From Gemmatimonadaceae bacterium (GTDB taxonomy: Bacteria > Gemmatimonadota > Gemmatimonadetes > Gemmatimonadales > Gemmatimonadaceae): 64,000 nucleotides of DNA. How positions within the stretch are numbered: the first letter of the stretch is position 1; each line of letters begins with the position of its first letter. Shown one piece after another: positions 39,353 to 49,277 of the stretch. The stretch covers positions 7,987-71,986 of the forward strand of contig DATBNQ010000055.1 in assembly GCA_036554185.1 (NCBI GenBank), in the 5' to 3' direction. The position numbers and the translations under genes were made by a program. The notes beneath the pieces are model-generated. The model was not told the origin of the DNA, searched no databases, and was given only the letters and a program-made list of their open reading frames with translations.

Positions 39353-41746
39353 ATGCGTAACAGAACTCTACTACTGGCCACGCTGGCCCTTGCGATGCCG
39401 GCCACTCTCCTGGCGCAAAGTTCGGCATCAGACCCGGCGCACTCTCCCGCTGCGGCGCCCTTTGATTTTTCAATCAGGAACATCATGCGTGGTCCGGAAT
39501 TGTACGGCACCCCGCCCACAAACGTGCGCTGGTCCGCGGACAGTCGCTGGATTTATTTCTCATGGGTCGAGCCAGGAAGCAGCTGGCGTACCCCCGCTTC
39601 CGACTATCGCGTCCGCGCCCTGCCCGGCTCCCGCCCGGAGAAACTCACCGCGGCACAAATCGACTCCGCTGCGCCATACACCAGCGAAGCCATTGCATCG
39701 AACGACGGAAGACGCGGCATCGAGGATGTCGGCGGTGATATTTTCCTGGTCGATTACAGGACCGGAGCCGTCCGCCGACTTACGCGGACCGAGGTGCGTG
39801 AATCGAATCCGGTCCTTGGCACCGACGGCAAGCTCGTGTATTTCGTCCGCGACGGCAACGCATTCTCCATTGATCTGACATCAGGTCTTACCACTCAACT
39901 CACGGATCTTCGCCTGGGAGCCAAGCCCGTAGACTCATCGGGCCACAAGTCCGCCCAGAAAGCCCGCCTCGAAGAGCAGCAACGCGCGCTCTTCGAATCC
40001 GTCCGCGAACAGATCGAAGCCGATAGCAGCGCGAAGTCAGAGCGAAACATCATGAACTCGCTGCGCAACCCCGAGCCGATCTATGTCGGCCGCGATCGGG
40101 CGATCCAGTCGATCAGTGTCTCTCCGAACGGCCGCGGAGCGCTCGTGACACTCCGCACCCCTTCCAAGGCAACACAGGTGGAAATCCCGTACTGGGTCAC
40201 CGCTAGCGGCTACACGGAGCCCCAGAAGGGACGCACAGTCGTCGGCGACGCGCAGGCGCGCGTGGAAATGCTGTACGTCTCGCTGCCCGATCTGAAAGTG
40301 AAGAAGCTTCACCTCTTCTCCAACGACTCGCTCGCGAGTTACGCTGTCGTCAGCGGTTGGGACGCCAGCGGCAGCAATGCCTTGCTAACGGCTTTCAGTC
40401 CTGATAACAAACAGCGAGTCATCTACAGCCTCTCGGCCGCAGATGGCGCACTGCACAATGTGGAAACACTCACCGACACAGCCTGGGTCGGCGGCCCATG
40501 TGCAAGATGCGCGGGCTGGTATGACGGTGGAAAACGACTCTGGTATGTCTCGGAAGCAAGCGGGTACGCGCACCTCTACACGGCCGCAGCACAAGGTGGC
40601 GACGTGCAACAGCTCACTAATGGAAAATGGGAAGTCCTCGACGTCTCGCTATCACCGAACGGGCGAACCTTTGATCTTATCACGAACCACCCGTCGCCAT
40701 TCGACGAGCACCTGTTCTCGCTACCAGTCACGGGAGGCAAACTCACCCGCGTGACCACCATGCCGGGACGTCACACCGCAATCGTCTCGCCAGATCGTCG
40801 ACTTGTTGCCGACGTGTATTCCTATGTCAACCGTCCGCCCGATTTGTACGTGATGTCGAACCGTGCCGGTGCGACCGAATCCCAGCTCACGATCTCGCCG
40901 AGCGCCGAATTCCTGCAGCAGAAGTGGCTCGCACCACGAATCGTGATGGTCCCCGCGTCGGACGGCGCTCGAGTTCCGGCACATATCTATCGCCCGGAAG
41001 ATGTTGGAGCGACCTCCAATGGCGCGGCTGTGATCTTTGTTCACGGCGCCGGATATCTTCACAATGTCGGCAACTTCTGGTCAGAATACCCGCGCGAATA
41101 TCTGTTCAACCAGTTGCTCGCACGGCACGGATACACGGTAATCGACGCGGACTATCGCGCCTCTGCCGGATACGGCCGCGACTGGCGCACGGCGATCTAT
41201 CGCCACATGGGAGGTCGCGACCTGCAGGACGAGGTCGACGTCTCCAGATATCTCACGGCAACTTACGGAATCGCGCCGAACCGCATCGGCATCTACGGTG
41301 GCAGTTATGGCGGGTTCATGACGCTCATGGCGCTGTTCACCGCGCCCGATTACTTCGGCGCCGGCGCCGCCCTGCGCAGCGTAACCGACTGGGCTCATTA
41401 CAATCACGGCTACACCTCGGCCATCCTCAACCTTCCCCAGGACGACACGCTCGCGTATCACCAGTCCTCGCCCATTTATTATGCAGATGGCCTCCGCGCA
41501 CCGCTCCTCATGGCGCACGGTATGGTCGACACGAACGTCAATTACGAGGATATAGTTCGACTCACAGAGCGACTCATCGAACTGGGTAAGACGAATTGGG
41601 AACTGGCATCGTATCCCGTTGAAAGCCACGGCTTCCTGCGTCCGGATTCCTGGACCGATGAGTACACCCGCATCTTCAGCCTCTTCCAGCGCACAATCGC
41701 CAACGCAGCAACGTCGACCGCGCTGTCTACGTCACCAACGCATTAG
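39353..41746 (+). CDS. S9-family serine peptidase (prolyl oligopeptidase / dipeptidyl aminopeptidase-like)
   Basis: Signal peptide MRNRTLLLATLALAMPATLLAQ, a beta-propeller region, and a catalytic domain with GGSYGGFMT and C-terminal D/H residues. The ORF-track start at 38990 overlaps the opposite-strand gene and is rejected. Confidence 0.9.
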   Translation: MRNRTLLLATLALAMPATLLAQSSASDPAHSPAAAPFDFSIRNIMRGPELYGTPPTNVRWSADSRWIYFSWVEPGSSWRTPASDYRVRALPGSRPEKLTAAQIDSAAPYTSEAIASNDGRRGIEDVGGDIFLVDYRTGAVRRLTRTEVRESNPVLGTDGKLVYFVRDGNAFSIDLTSGLTTQLTDLRLGAKPVDSSGHKSAQKARLEEQQRALFESVREQIEADSSAKSERNIMNSLRNPEPIYVGRDRAIQSISVSPNGRGALVTLRTPSKATQVEIPYWVTASGYTEPQKGRTVVGDAQARVEMLYVSLPDLKVKKLHLFSNDSLASYAVVSGWDASGSNALLTAFSPDNKQRVIYSLSAADGALHNVETLTDTAWVGGPCARCAGWYDGGKRLWYVSEASGYAHLYTAAAQGGDVQQLTNGKWEVLDVSLSPNGRTFDLITNHPSPFDEHLFSLPVTGGKLTRVTTMPGRHTAIVSPDRRLVADVYSYVNRPPDLYVMSNRAGATESQLTISPSAEFLQQKWLAPRIVMVPASDGARVPAHIYRPEDVGATSNGAAVIFVHGAGYLHNVGNFWSEYPREYLFNQLLARHGYTVIDADYRASAGYGRDWRTAIYRHMGGRDLQDEVDVSRYLTATYGIAPNRIGIYGGSYGGFMTLMALFTAPDYFGAGAALRSVTDWAHYNHGYTSAILNLPQDDTLAYHQSSPIYYADGLRAPLLMAHGMVDTNVNYEDIVRLTERLIELGKTNWELASYPVESHGFLRPDSWTDEYTRIFSLFQRTIANAATSTALSTSPTH

Positions 41747-41769
41747 TTGCGCAAACCCACGCAGCGGCG

Positions 41770-42954
41770 TCACGCTTGCGGGCGCGCGCCGCTGCGCGGG
41801 TTGACGAAGACCATTCCGATCGACGCCAGTAGCGCAACTCCCGCGCCGAACATGAACGAAGCCGGCGCACCGGCGCGATCCCAGATTGTGCCGAAAATCA
41901 ACGAAGCCGGAAGCGCTCCAATCCCGATTGCAAGATTGTACCAGCCAAGTGCTGTCCCCTTCCGCTGCGAAGGCACCATGTCCACTACCATCGCCTTCTC
42001 CGTTCCTTCGGTCATTCCGTAGAAGACGCCGTACACCGCGAAGAGCGCCCACGCCTGCCACGCGGAATGCGCCAGCCCAAAGGCGAGATACACCGCCGCG
42101 TAAACCAGCCACCCGCCAATTATCAGCGGCTTGCGGCCGATCCGATCGGACAGGCCTCCACCGTAAGTCCCCGTCATCGCCTTGATGAAATTGAGCAACG
42201 CCCATAACACCGGCGCCAACGCGATCGCAACTCCGAGCTGCCGAGCACGAAGCAGAAGAAACGCGTCAGTCGAATTGCCGATCGTAAAAGTGAAGACCAC
42301 CGCCAGATATCCCCAGAATCGCCCGGACAGATCCGTCCCGAGCATCTGCGGACGATGCTGGGTCACGGTCCCGTGCGGGATGTCCCGGACAAATATCCAC
42401 AGGACCAGTACCGCAATCGCACCCGGTATCGCAGTCAGCCAGAATACGGTGCGTAGCGGAGTGTGCCACTCGTACAGCACGCCAAACGCGATGAGCGGAC
42501 CAACCACGGCGCCCGCATTGTCAGCCGCGGCGTGAAAGCCAAATGCGCGACCGCGAATTGATGGATCGACCGACTCTGCAATCAGCGCATCACGGGGCGT
42601 CGACCGAATACCCTTGCCAATGCGATCGGTCACTCTGATGCCCAACACCTGACCAGCCGTTTGGGTCGCCGCCGTAAACGGCCGCACTACCGACGCAATC
42701 ACGTAACCCGCAAGGACAAGCCCCTTCCGCGACTTCACCCGGTCGGACCACCAACCGCTCGCAAGCTTGAGCAGCGCCGCTACCGATTCCGCGGCGCCTT
42801 CAATTACTCCGATGAAACTCGCGCTCGCCCCTAGAACAGATGCAAGAAACACCGGCAGCAGCGGATACATCATCTCCGACGCGACATCGGTGAAGAAACT
42901 CACCGCGCCGAGGGAAATCACATTCCGTCCGATTGTCTTTTTGCTTCCGGTCAT
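41770..42954 (-). CDS. MFS transporter
   Basis: 12-TM profile with an MFS loop motif (WSDRVKSRKG / LSDRIGRKP). Confidence 0.85.
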   Translation of the reverse strand: MTGSKKTIGRNVISLGAVSFFTDVASEMMYPLLPVFLASVLGASASFIGVIEGAAESVAALLKLASGWWSDRVKSRKGLVLAGYVIASVVRPFTAATQTAGQVLGIRVTDRIGKGIRSTPRDALIAESVDPSIRGRAFGFHAAADNAGAVVGPLIAFGVLYEWHTPLRTVFWLTAIPGAIAVLVLWIFVRDIPHGTVTQHRPQMLGTDLSGRFWGYLAVVFTFTIGNSTDAFLLLRARQLGVAIALAPVLWALLNFIKAMTGTYGGGLSDRIGRKPLIIGGWLVYAAVYLAFGLAHSAWQAWALFAVYGVFYGMTEGTEKAMVVDMVPSQRKGTALGWYNLAIGIGALPASLIFGTIWDRAGAPASFMFGAGVALLASIGMVFVNPRSGARPQA

Positions 42955-43026
42955 TTTCTGCCGTGCACGTTACGAGAAAGGGAGAGCGTTCGCTCTCCCT
43001 CGTCTGCACAATCTACGCCTCGGCGA

Positions 43027-44028
43027 TCACGATTTGCCGCCGCGCAGACTTGCGCGTACCTCGGAGTGATCGCCCACGGTAATCTCCCCCGATACTCCCG
43101 ACACGACCGTGTGATGCCCGACCAGCGACCGCGTCAACGTCGACGCCGTGATGTTCGCATACGTCTCTATGATGGAGTCCGACAGCGTCGATCCGTCAAT
43201 GTTGCTTCCCTTGCCAATGGAAACATTGGGCCCAACGATCGAGTTCTGGATCGTGACGCCATCCTCGACGTACACCGGCTCCACTATCGTTGAATTCACA
43301 ATCGATTCCGGCTTGCGAGCGCGACCACGCTCCAGCATCGCACGGTTCGTCGCTATCAAGGTGTCGATCTTTCCAGCGTCATACCAACCCGCCACATCCA
43401 CCACGCGAATCTTTGCGCCGTGGTCGATCATGTACTGGAACGCATCAGTGAGATACCACTCGCCGTTGTTCGGCGTCTGCTTGAGCACCGCCGCAATCCC
43501 CTCGTACAGCAACTTCCAGTTCCTGATGTAGTACAGCCCGATATTCGCGCGCTTGGAGATTGGAGTCGAGGGCTTCTCCACGATCCTGGTCATGAAGCCT
43601 TCGTCGTCCGTCACAACCACACCGAAACGCTGATAATCCTCGACTTCCTTGGTCCAGATTATCCCGTCGGCGTCCGACGAGCCGATTATCGAGAGGTCAG
43701 CATCGAAAATTGTGTCGACAAAAATGATGAGCACAGGCTGATCGACGTACTCCCTCGCAAGCGCAACCGCGCCGGCGGTGCCGTCCTGAACCTTCTGCTC
43801 CACGAAGACCGATGGGATGTCGGTGCAGCCGCGAGCAAATGCCTCGACCTTCTCCTTCAGATGCCCCGTGATGTAGATGATCTGCTCCACCCCGGGCAGT
43901 TCCTTCACATCATCGAGCACATATTCCATCACTGGTTTCCCAGCCACCCGCAGCATCGGCTTGGGCGTGACATACGTATGCGGCCTGAGTCGCGTTCCCT
44001 TGCCCGCAAGCGGGATTATTACTTTCAT
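43027..44028 (-). CDS. sugar-phosphate nucleotidyltransferase with C-terminal left-handed beta-helix
   Basis: MKVIIPLAGKGTRLRP signature, hexapeptide repeats at the C-terminus, GGGAGA RBS 7 nt upstream. Confidence 0.85.
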   Translation of the reverse strand: MKVIIPLAGKGTRLRPHTYVTPKPMLRVAGKPVMEYVLDDVKELPGVEQIIYITGHLKEKVEAFARGCTDIPSVFVEQKVQDGTAGAVALAREYVDQPVLIIFVDTIFDADLSIIGSSDADGIIWTKEVEDYQRFGVVVTDDEGFMTRIVEKPSTPISKRANIGLYYIRNWKLLYEGIAAVLKQTPNNGEWYLTDAFQYMIDHGAKIRVVDVAGWYDAGKIDTLIATNRAMLERGRARKPESIVNSTIVEPVYVEDGVTIQNSIVGPNVSIGKGSNIDGSTLSDSIIETYANITASTLTRSLVGHHTVVSGVSGEITVGDHSEVRASLRGGKS

Positions 44029-44133
44029 CGAGCCATCTCCCTCGAGGCCGCCTGTATCCTAAATGGGCAGGCCCCCCGTTGGCCGCCCGCTCAGCCGCGC
44101 CTGTCCGCGCAGGCTGCCTGCACCGCGCTGGCC

Positions 44134-44514
44134 TTACGGCGCGCTGGTCCCCGCCCTTCCATACCGATCCTTGATCCGCACCACATCATCAAGATGCGGC
44201 GTCGACGCTTCCAGCACATCACAATCAGTCACTGCTTCCATCTGATGCACCGTGCCTGGCTCGTTCCTGAAGGACTCGCCAGCCTTCAACGATATCTCCC
44301 TCAACTCGCCACCAGCCACTTCTCCCACGCGATAAATCATCTCACCGCTCAACAGATAGATCGTTTCGTCTTTCTTTTCATGATATTGCACGGAAAGTGC
44401 CTGTCCCGCCTTGATGTGCAATACCTTGCCCACATACAGCGGTGTATGAGCCCAGATCACCTCGTGACCCCAAGGCTTCTCGACGAACCTGACGCTCTCC
44501 TTGCCGCTCATCAC
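44134..44514 (-). CDS. cupin-domain protein (type II phosphomannose isomerase-like)
   Basis: EKPWGHE ... LSVQYHEKKDETIYLLSG cupin motifs. 126 aa. Confidence 0.8.
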   Translation of the reverse strand: MMSGKESVRFVEKPWGHEVIWAHTPLYVGKVLHIKAGQALSVQYHEKKDETIYLLSGEMIYRVGEVAGGELREISLKAGESFRNEPGTVHQMEAVTDCDVLEASTPHLDDVVRIKDRYGRAGTSAP

Positions 44515-44517
44515 GCG

Positions 44518-45066
44518 TTACGCAGTCACGCGCATGCGCGTGGCGAGCTTGCTGAGACGCCGTCTCACCGAACCGTCCATCACGGTGTTCCCGACTCGTA
44601 CGATCACGCCACCCATTATGGCTGGATCCACGCTTACCTGCGGCATTACCCTCTTTCCAAGCACCCGCGACAGCTCGGCACCGATGCTCGCCGTCTCCGC
44701 ATCCGTCGTGGGACGCGCCACCGTCACTTCCGCGTGCACACGCCCCTCTTCCGAGTCCAGCAGCGCGGCATACTCCGTCGCGATCTCGGGAATCATCATC
44801 TGTCGACGGTTGTGTACCATCGTCTGCAGAAAGCGGAGGAATACCCGCGGAATCCGATCGCCGAACGCCCGCGCAAGAATCTCGTTCTTGCGCTCGTACG
44901 AAACCCTCGGCGACTCCAGGAACAGCCTGATCGTTGGATCCTGACCGATCGCGCTCGCAACGTCACGAATCATCACGCCGAACCCTTCACGGTTGTCGGC
45001 TTTGGTCGCAAGCGCCAACAACGCTTCCGCGTAGTTGCGCGACACCGGGTTCGAGCGATCCTGCAT
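44518..45066 (-). CDS. atpH: F-type ATP synthase subunit delta (OSCP)
   Basis: RNYAEALLALA N-terminus, OSCP length, position after atpF. Confidence 0.9.
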   Translation of the reverse strand: MQDRSNPVSRNYAEALLALATKADNREGFGVMIRDVASAIGQDPTIRLFLESPRVSYERKNEILARAFGDRIPRVFLRFLQTMVHNRRQMMIPEIATEYAALLDSEEGRVHAEVTVARPTTDAETASIGAELSRVLGKRVMPQVSVDPAIMGGVIVRVGNTVMDGSVRRRLSKLATRMRVTA

Positions 45067-45644
45067 CAGACCCCCGCCTTGGGTGCAAGGCTGGAGCTCG
45101 GTATGGACGCCAGAAAACTCTCCACCAGCTGACGGTTAGCCTGATCGTCGAGATTCTTGCCGATCACGCGTGACGCACCCGCAATGGCAAGATCGATCGC
45201 TTCCCGACGCAGGTCCGCAATCGCGCGATCGCGCTCCGCACCAATCTCCCGGCGCGCACGCTCGAGCAACTCGCCCGACTCGCCGTGCGCATGCTCGATC
45301 ATCTTGCCGCGTACCTGCTCGGCAGCACTGCGCGCATCTGCGATGATCTTCTGAGCCTCGTCGCGCGCCGCGGCGATCTGCTCGCGCTGATCCTGCAACA
45401 GACGATTCGCATCGTCTCGGTCACGCTGAGCCGCGTCGATCGCGTCGGCCAACGCCTTCTCGCGCTCTTCCACAGCCTTCGTGATCGGCTTGAACGCGTA
45501 CTTCGAAAGAACCAGCAAGAGGACTACAAAGATCACCAACGTCCAGACCATGACGCCGCCGTTCGGCGATAGAAGCCCGGACGACGGAGCCTCGCCAGCA
45601 CGCTGAGCGGTTTCCTGCAGGAGGAAGAAATGCATGAGTGACAC
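45066..45644 (-). CDS. atpF: F-type ATP synthase subunit b
   Basis: Single N-terminal TM helix followed by a long charged coiled coil (EEREKALADAIDAAQRDRDDANRLL...). Confidence 0.9.
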   Translation of the reverse strand: MSLMHFFLLQETAQRAGEAPSSGLLSPNGGVMVWTLVIFVVLLLVLSKYAFKPITKAVEEREKALADAIDAAQRDRDDANRLLQDQREQIAAARDEAQKIIADARSAAEQVRGKMIEHAHGESGELLERARREIGAERDRAIADLRREAIDLAIAGASRVIGKNLDDQANRQLVESFLASIPSSSLAPKAGV

Positions 45645-45727
45645 TATTCAGTGGAGTCCCGGATGACGGCCGATTGTCGTGCCGTCACCCGTAGACTCTC
45701 GCAGTTTGAAATCAGATTTGAATCAGG

Positions 45728-46006
45728 CTAGAACGAGAACTTCTGCTGGATCACGAACGAGACGACGATCGCGAACAGCGCAACACCTTCAACAAGTGCC
45801 GCAAAGATAAGCGCCGCGGTCTGAATCTGACCGGCACGCTCCGGCTGACGTGCCATTCCATCCATGGCCTGCCCGCCAACCTTGCCGATACCAATTCCGG
45901 CACCAATAACCGCAAGACCAGCGCCGATTCCGGCGCCCATCATGCCCCATGCACCCGCGTATTCCTTCGTCGCACCAACTGCTGCCTGCAGTAGCGGAAA
46001 CATCAT
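45728..46006 (-). CDS. atpE: F-type ATP synthase subunit c
   Basis: GAGIGIGKVGG ... ARQPE ... ALVEGVALFAIVV (carboxylate Glu). Start taken at the ATG preceded by TGGAG. Confidence 0.93.
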   Translation of the reverse strand: MMFPLLQAAVGATKEYAGAWGMMGAGIGAGLAVIGAGIGIGKVGGQAMDGMARQPERAGQIQTAALIFAALVEGVALFAIVVSFVIQQKFSF

Positions 46007-46129
46007 TTGATCAAACTCCAGTGAAGCGTATGACCGGATTCTCAACGCGCTCCGGCATGGCGCAACCCGTCAACGGGAATTCTCCCAACGGGCCTCCCGA
46101 GCGTTAGCCCGGTACCTCAAACCAGTTTG

Positions 46130-46987
46130 TTAGTGGCTCGCCGTCCGAATCTGCCCAATGAACACCGCCGAGAGCAGGGCAAAGATGAACGCCTGCAGCA
46201 ACGATACGAATATCTCGAGCATCGAGATCGCAACCGCCATCGCAAGCGGCGCCGGCGCGACTATGTAGCTCTGAAAGGTGAAGATCAACCCGATCAACGC
46301 CAGCAAGACAACGTGACCCGCCGTCATGTTCGCGAAAAGCCGGATCGCCAGCGCGAACGGCTTCGCGAGCTTTCCGGCGATCTCCACCGGCGTCATGATG
46401 AAAGTCATGAACGACTTCACTCCAACCGGCACGTCGTGCGGCCAGTAGACGATCGTGTTTATGTAACCCGCGCCCTGTTCCCTCATACCCGCGATCTCGA
46501 CCACGACAAAGGTGATCAGAGCCAGCGTCGCCGTGACACCGATGTTGCCAGTCGCGGTCGATCCGTAAGGAATCAAGCCGCAAAGATTGGCAAAGAGAAT
46601 GAAGAAGAACAGAGTGAGAATGAACGGAACGAACTTGTCACCCCTCGGCCCGACATTCGGAATCACCACCTCGTTCCGAAGAAAGAGGACGAATGCCTCC
46701 ATACCGTTCCCAAAGCCCGACGGGGCCCGCTGGCCACCAAAGGTCGTTCTGGCATGAGCCCGGGCAGCCATCAGCATCGTGATGAGGCACAGGATCGCAG
46801 CGATTCCGAGCCACACAACATGCTTGGTAGGAGACATGTCTATCGCCACCGGCCCGAGATGGATCGGCGCCCACCTGGGCAACGCCATCTCACACACGAA
46901 GCCCGGATGCAGACACGGATAATCGATCGCGTGCGCATCCGTGATATGCGGGGTGATGATGTCGATTGCAGGTCCGACTTGAAGCAT
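46130..46987 (-). CDS. atpB: F-type ATP synthase subunit a
   Basis: Conserved LAIRLFANMTAGH with the essential Arg. Multi-TM. Confidence 0.95.
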   Translation of the reverse strand: MLQVGPAIDIITPHITDAHAIDYPCLHPGFVCEMALPRWAPIHLGPVAIDMSPTKHVVWLGIAAILCLITMLMAARAHARTTFGGQRAPSGFGNGMEAFVLFLRNEVVIPNVGPRGDKFVPFILTLFFFILFANLCGLIPYGSTATGNIGVTATLALITFVVVEIAGMREQGAGYINTIVYWPHDVPVGVKSFMTFIMTPVEIAGKLAKPFALAIRLFANMTAGHVVLLALIGLIFTFQSYIVAPAPLAMAVAISMLEIFVSLLQAFIFALLSAVFIGQIRTASH

Positions 46988-47257
46988 CTATTTGGTAAGC
47001 AAGAAGGGTTCGAACAGCGTCGTGACGAACAGAATTACCACCAGTGACAACAGCGCCGGCCCAAGCTCGAGCCCCAGGACAGGAATGATCGCAAAGCCAT
47101 AGACCAGCACAGCCAGGAGCCGGATCAACGCGCCCATCCCCCAGCCAATCATCAGCCTTTCCTTCCCGAACGACCGTCCGACTATCAGCGTCAGGACCTG
47201 GACCACCACCGCGACCCCGACCGATGTCCAGATAGCGCGACTCATCGCGCCCGTCAC
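46988..47257 (-). CDS. small hydrophobic protein in the atp operon (AtpI-like)
   Basis: 89 aa, about 3 TM helices, abuts the atpB start with no gap. The call rests on position and hydrophobicity only. Confidence 0.55.
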   Translation of the reverse strand: MTGAMSRAIWTSVGVAVVVQVLTLIVGRSFGKERLMIGWGMGALIRLLAVLVYGFAIIPVLGLELGPALLSLVVILFVTTLFEPFLLTK

Positions 47258-47571
47258 GGCTTAGGTCCCTCCCGCTTGTCGCCTGATGCCATGAGTTTCC
47301 GATACATGCTGTAGAACGACCCGCCAGCCCCTGAAAATGCTCCCAGTATCAGGAATAACGGACCGGTACCGAACCGCCTGTCCAACCACTGCCCGGCGAA
47401 GACAAAGAGGACGATCGAAACCGCAAACTGAAGCCCGATCCCGGCGAACTCCGACGCCGATGGCGCACTCCCTTTGTCCCCCACAGTGCAGAAATTTAAC
47501 GCGCTTGTGAAAAAAAGTTCAAGCGCACCCCCAAGGTACCCTCGGCGCCGGATGTTTAACATTCCGACCAC
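47254..47571 (-). CDS. AtpZ/AtpR-like putative F0F1-ATPase accessory subunit
   Basis: Block GIGLQFAVSIVLFVFAGQWLDRRFGTGPLFLILGAFSGAGGSFYSMY resembles the ATPase_gene1 family. The true start may lie downstream of 47571. Confidence 0.6.
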   Translation of the reverse strand: MVGMLNIRRRGYLGGALELFFTSALNFCTVGDKGSAPSASEFAGIGLQFAVSIVLFVFAGQWLDRRFGTGPLFLILGAFSGAGGSFYSMYRKLMASGDKREGPKP

Positions 47572-47716
47572 CCTACCCCGGATTTGTGATCCCAGCGTAA
47601 CTGCCGATACTCCAATCAGTTATCTGTAACATCTCGCTTGCTCCATCGTCTTTCAGTTGATAACTTTGGCACTCGCGACGACCGTCCGACTACCGCCTTC
47701 CCGCGTCGCTCCTTGT

Positions 47717-48205
47717 ATGGAAAACCGTCTCATCATATCAACACTCTGCGCCGCCGCACTCGTATACGCGTGCGGGCCTTGGGTGCATTCACAAACCGCC
47801 GATTCAAGTCCGGTTAATCGCTCCAATCAAACATTCCGAGCATCAACCGGTCACAAGACTCCCGCAACTGTCGCAACTGAGCTCGATCTTGCACGAAACG
47901 GTTCGCGCGTTGACTTCGCACTCCGCGTTACCAACAACACCAAGAAAACTGTCGAGCTGCGCTTTCCCAACGCACGCACACACGACATCGCAGTGCTCGA
48001 TTCCACGGGCAGGACAATCTGGCGAGCAAGTGCGGGTCGCCTCTTCACACAGACGATGCAGGCACTCACTGTCAGGTCGAGCGACACACTCACCATGGAA
48101 GACAGTTGGGACACGCGCGGCGCGCACGGCGCGTACACAGCAGTCGCACTTCTCGCGACAGCAACCGATCCCGTTGAACGACGCGTAACGTTTACGCTGC
48201 CGTGA
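47717..48205 (+). CDS. lipoprotein with BsuPI-like (intracellular proteinase inhibitor) Ig-fold domain
   Basis: Lipobox LVYAC. The block FALRVTNNTKKTVELRFPNARTHDIAVLDSTGRTIWRASAGRLFTQ matches the BsuPI pattern as I remember it. Confidence 0.65.
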   Translation: MENRLIISTLCAAALVYACGPWVHSQTADSSPVNRSNQTFRASTGHKTPATVATELDLARNGSRVDFALRVTNNTKKTVELRFPNARTHDIAVLDSTGRTIWRASAGRLFTQTMQALTVRSSDTLTMEDSWDTRGAHGAYTAVALLATATDPVERRVTFTLP

Positions 48206-49164
48206 ATTGTGGGCGTGCGTTGTTGCCGCGCGCCACGTCACTCTCGATTGCAGGCCTCGCGCTCGCCGCTCTCTCGCTTCCGAGTTGCGCAAGCAATACC
48301 GTCCGCCCCGGTTCCGAGGGCGTGACGACACGGCAGACCATGACCGTCGCAGGTATCCCGCGCACGTACCTGCTGCACATTCCCGCCCACTACGACACGA
48401 TCCGCCGCGCGCCACTGGTCATCGTGCTGCACGGACACGGAGAAAGCGCCGATAACTTTGAGAAGTACACCGGCATGAGCGACAAGGCGGACCTCGAGGG
48501 TTTCATCGCCGTCTACCCGCAGGCACTCGGCGATCCCAGCGACTGGCACACCGCCATCGATGGACCGAGCAAGCGCGACGACATTGCATTCGTGCGGAAC
48601 ATCATCAATCTGCTCGAACGCAAATATCGAATCGATACGCGTCGCATTTATGCCGCCGGTCACTCCAACGGCGGCATCATGACTTACCGCCTCGCTTCGA
48701 CACTCTCCGACAAGATCGCGGCAATCGGTGTCACCGCTGGCTCCATCGGAATGATCGACGATCACGGCGACACCGTGCGATACGCGCCGCCCGCACATCC
48801 GGTTTCAGTAATTCATTTTCACGGACTCGAGGACGCAGACGTTCCATATCACGGCGGCGCGGAATCCGATGGGCCCGACAATATCGTGTCCGTCAGAAAC
48901 ACGGTTTCGTTCTGGCTCACGGCCGACCACTGCCCAACCACCGCTGCGTCACGAACCGTCTCGGCCGACCGGAACGTCATCGTCGATAGCTACACGCCGT
49001 GCGCCAAGGGCACTGCGGTTACGCTCTACACCATCATCGACGGCACCCACCGCTGGCCTGGCGACGACGTTCCATGGTACACGTTTCCCGGACGCGACGA
49101 TTCCGACATCATCGCAACCGACGTCATGTGGGATTTCTTCGCCGCACATCCGCGAGTGAACTGA
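48202..49164 (+). CDS. alpha/beta-hydrolase esterase, PHB-depolymerase (LpqC-like) family lipoprotein
   Basis: Lipobox LSLPSC, LVIVLHGHGES, nucleophile elbow GHSNGG. GTG start overlaps the upstream TGA (GTGA). Confidence 0.8.
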   Translation: MNCGRALLPRATSLSIAGLALAALSLPSCASNTVRPGSEGVTTRQTMTVAGIPRTYLLHIPAHYDTIRRAPLVIVLHGHGESADNFEKYTGMSDKADLEGFIAVYPQALGDPSDWHTAIDGPSKRDDIAFVRNIINLLERKYRIDTRRIYAAGHSNGGIMTYRLASTLSDKIAAIGVTAGSIGMIDDHGDTVRYAPPAHPVSVIHFHGLEDADVPYHGGAESDGPDNIVSVRNTVSFWLTADHCPTTAASRTVSADRNVIVDSYTPCAKGTAVTLYTIIDGTHRWPGDDVPWYTFPGRDDSDIIATDVMWDFFAAHPRVN

Positions 49165-49208
49165 TCGCACATCTCCGCCCACCCGGAGATTGCACAGCCC
49201 TTCCCTGA

Positions 49209-49252
49209 TTCCCCGCGCCGCACCCTGTCATTCCCCGCGCCGCACCCTGTCA
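49209..49252. repeat. perfect tandem duplication of a 22-nt unit
   Basis: TTCCCCGCGCCGCACCCTGTCA at 49209-49230 and again at 49231-49252, running into the REP-like hairpin. Confidence 0.9.
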
Positions 49253-49277
49253 TTCCCGCGAAAGCGGGAATCCATCC
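49249..49277. repeat. REP-like hairpin element, copy B
   Basis: GTCATTCCCGCGAAAGCGGGAATCCATCC: 8-bp stem ATTCCCGC/GCGGGAAT with a GAAA tetraloop. 26 of 29 nt are identical to copy A. Followed by a repeated TCCATCCGT (49271-49279 and 49291-49299). Confidence 0.75.
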
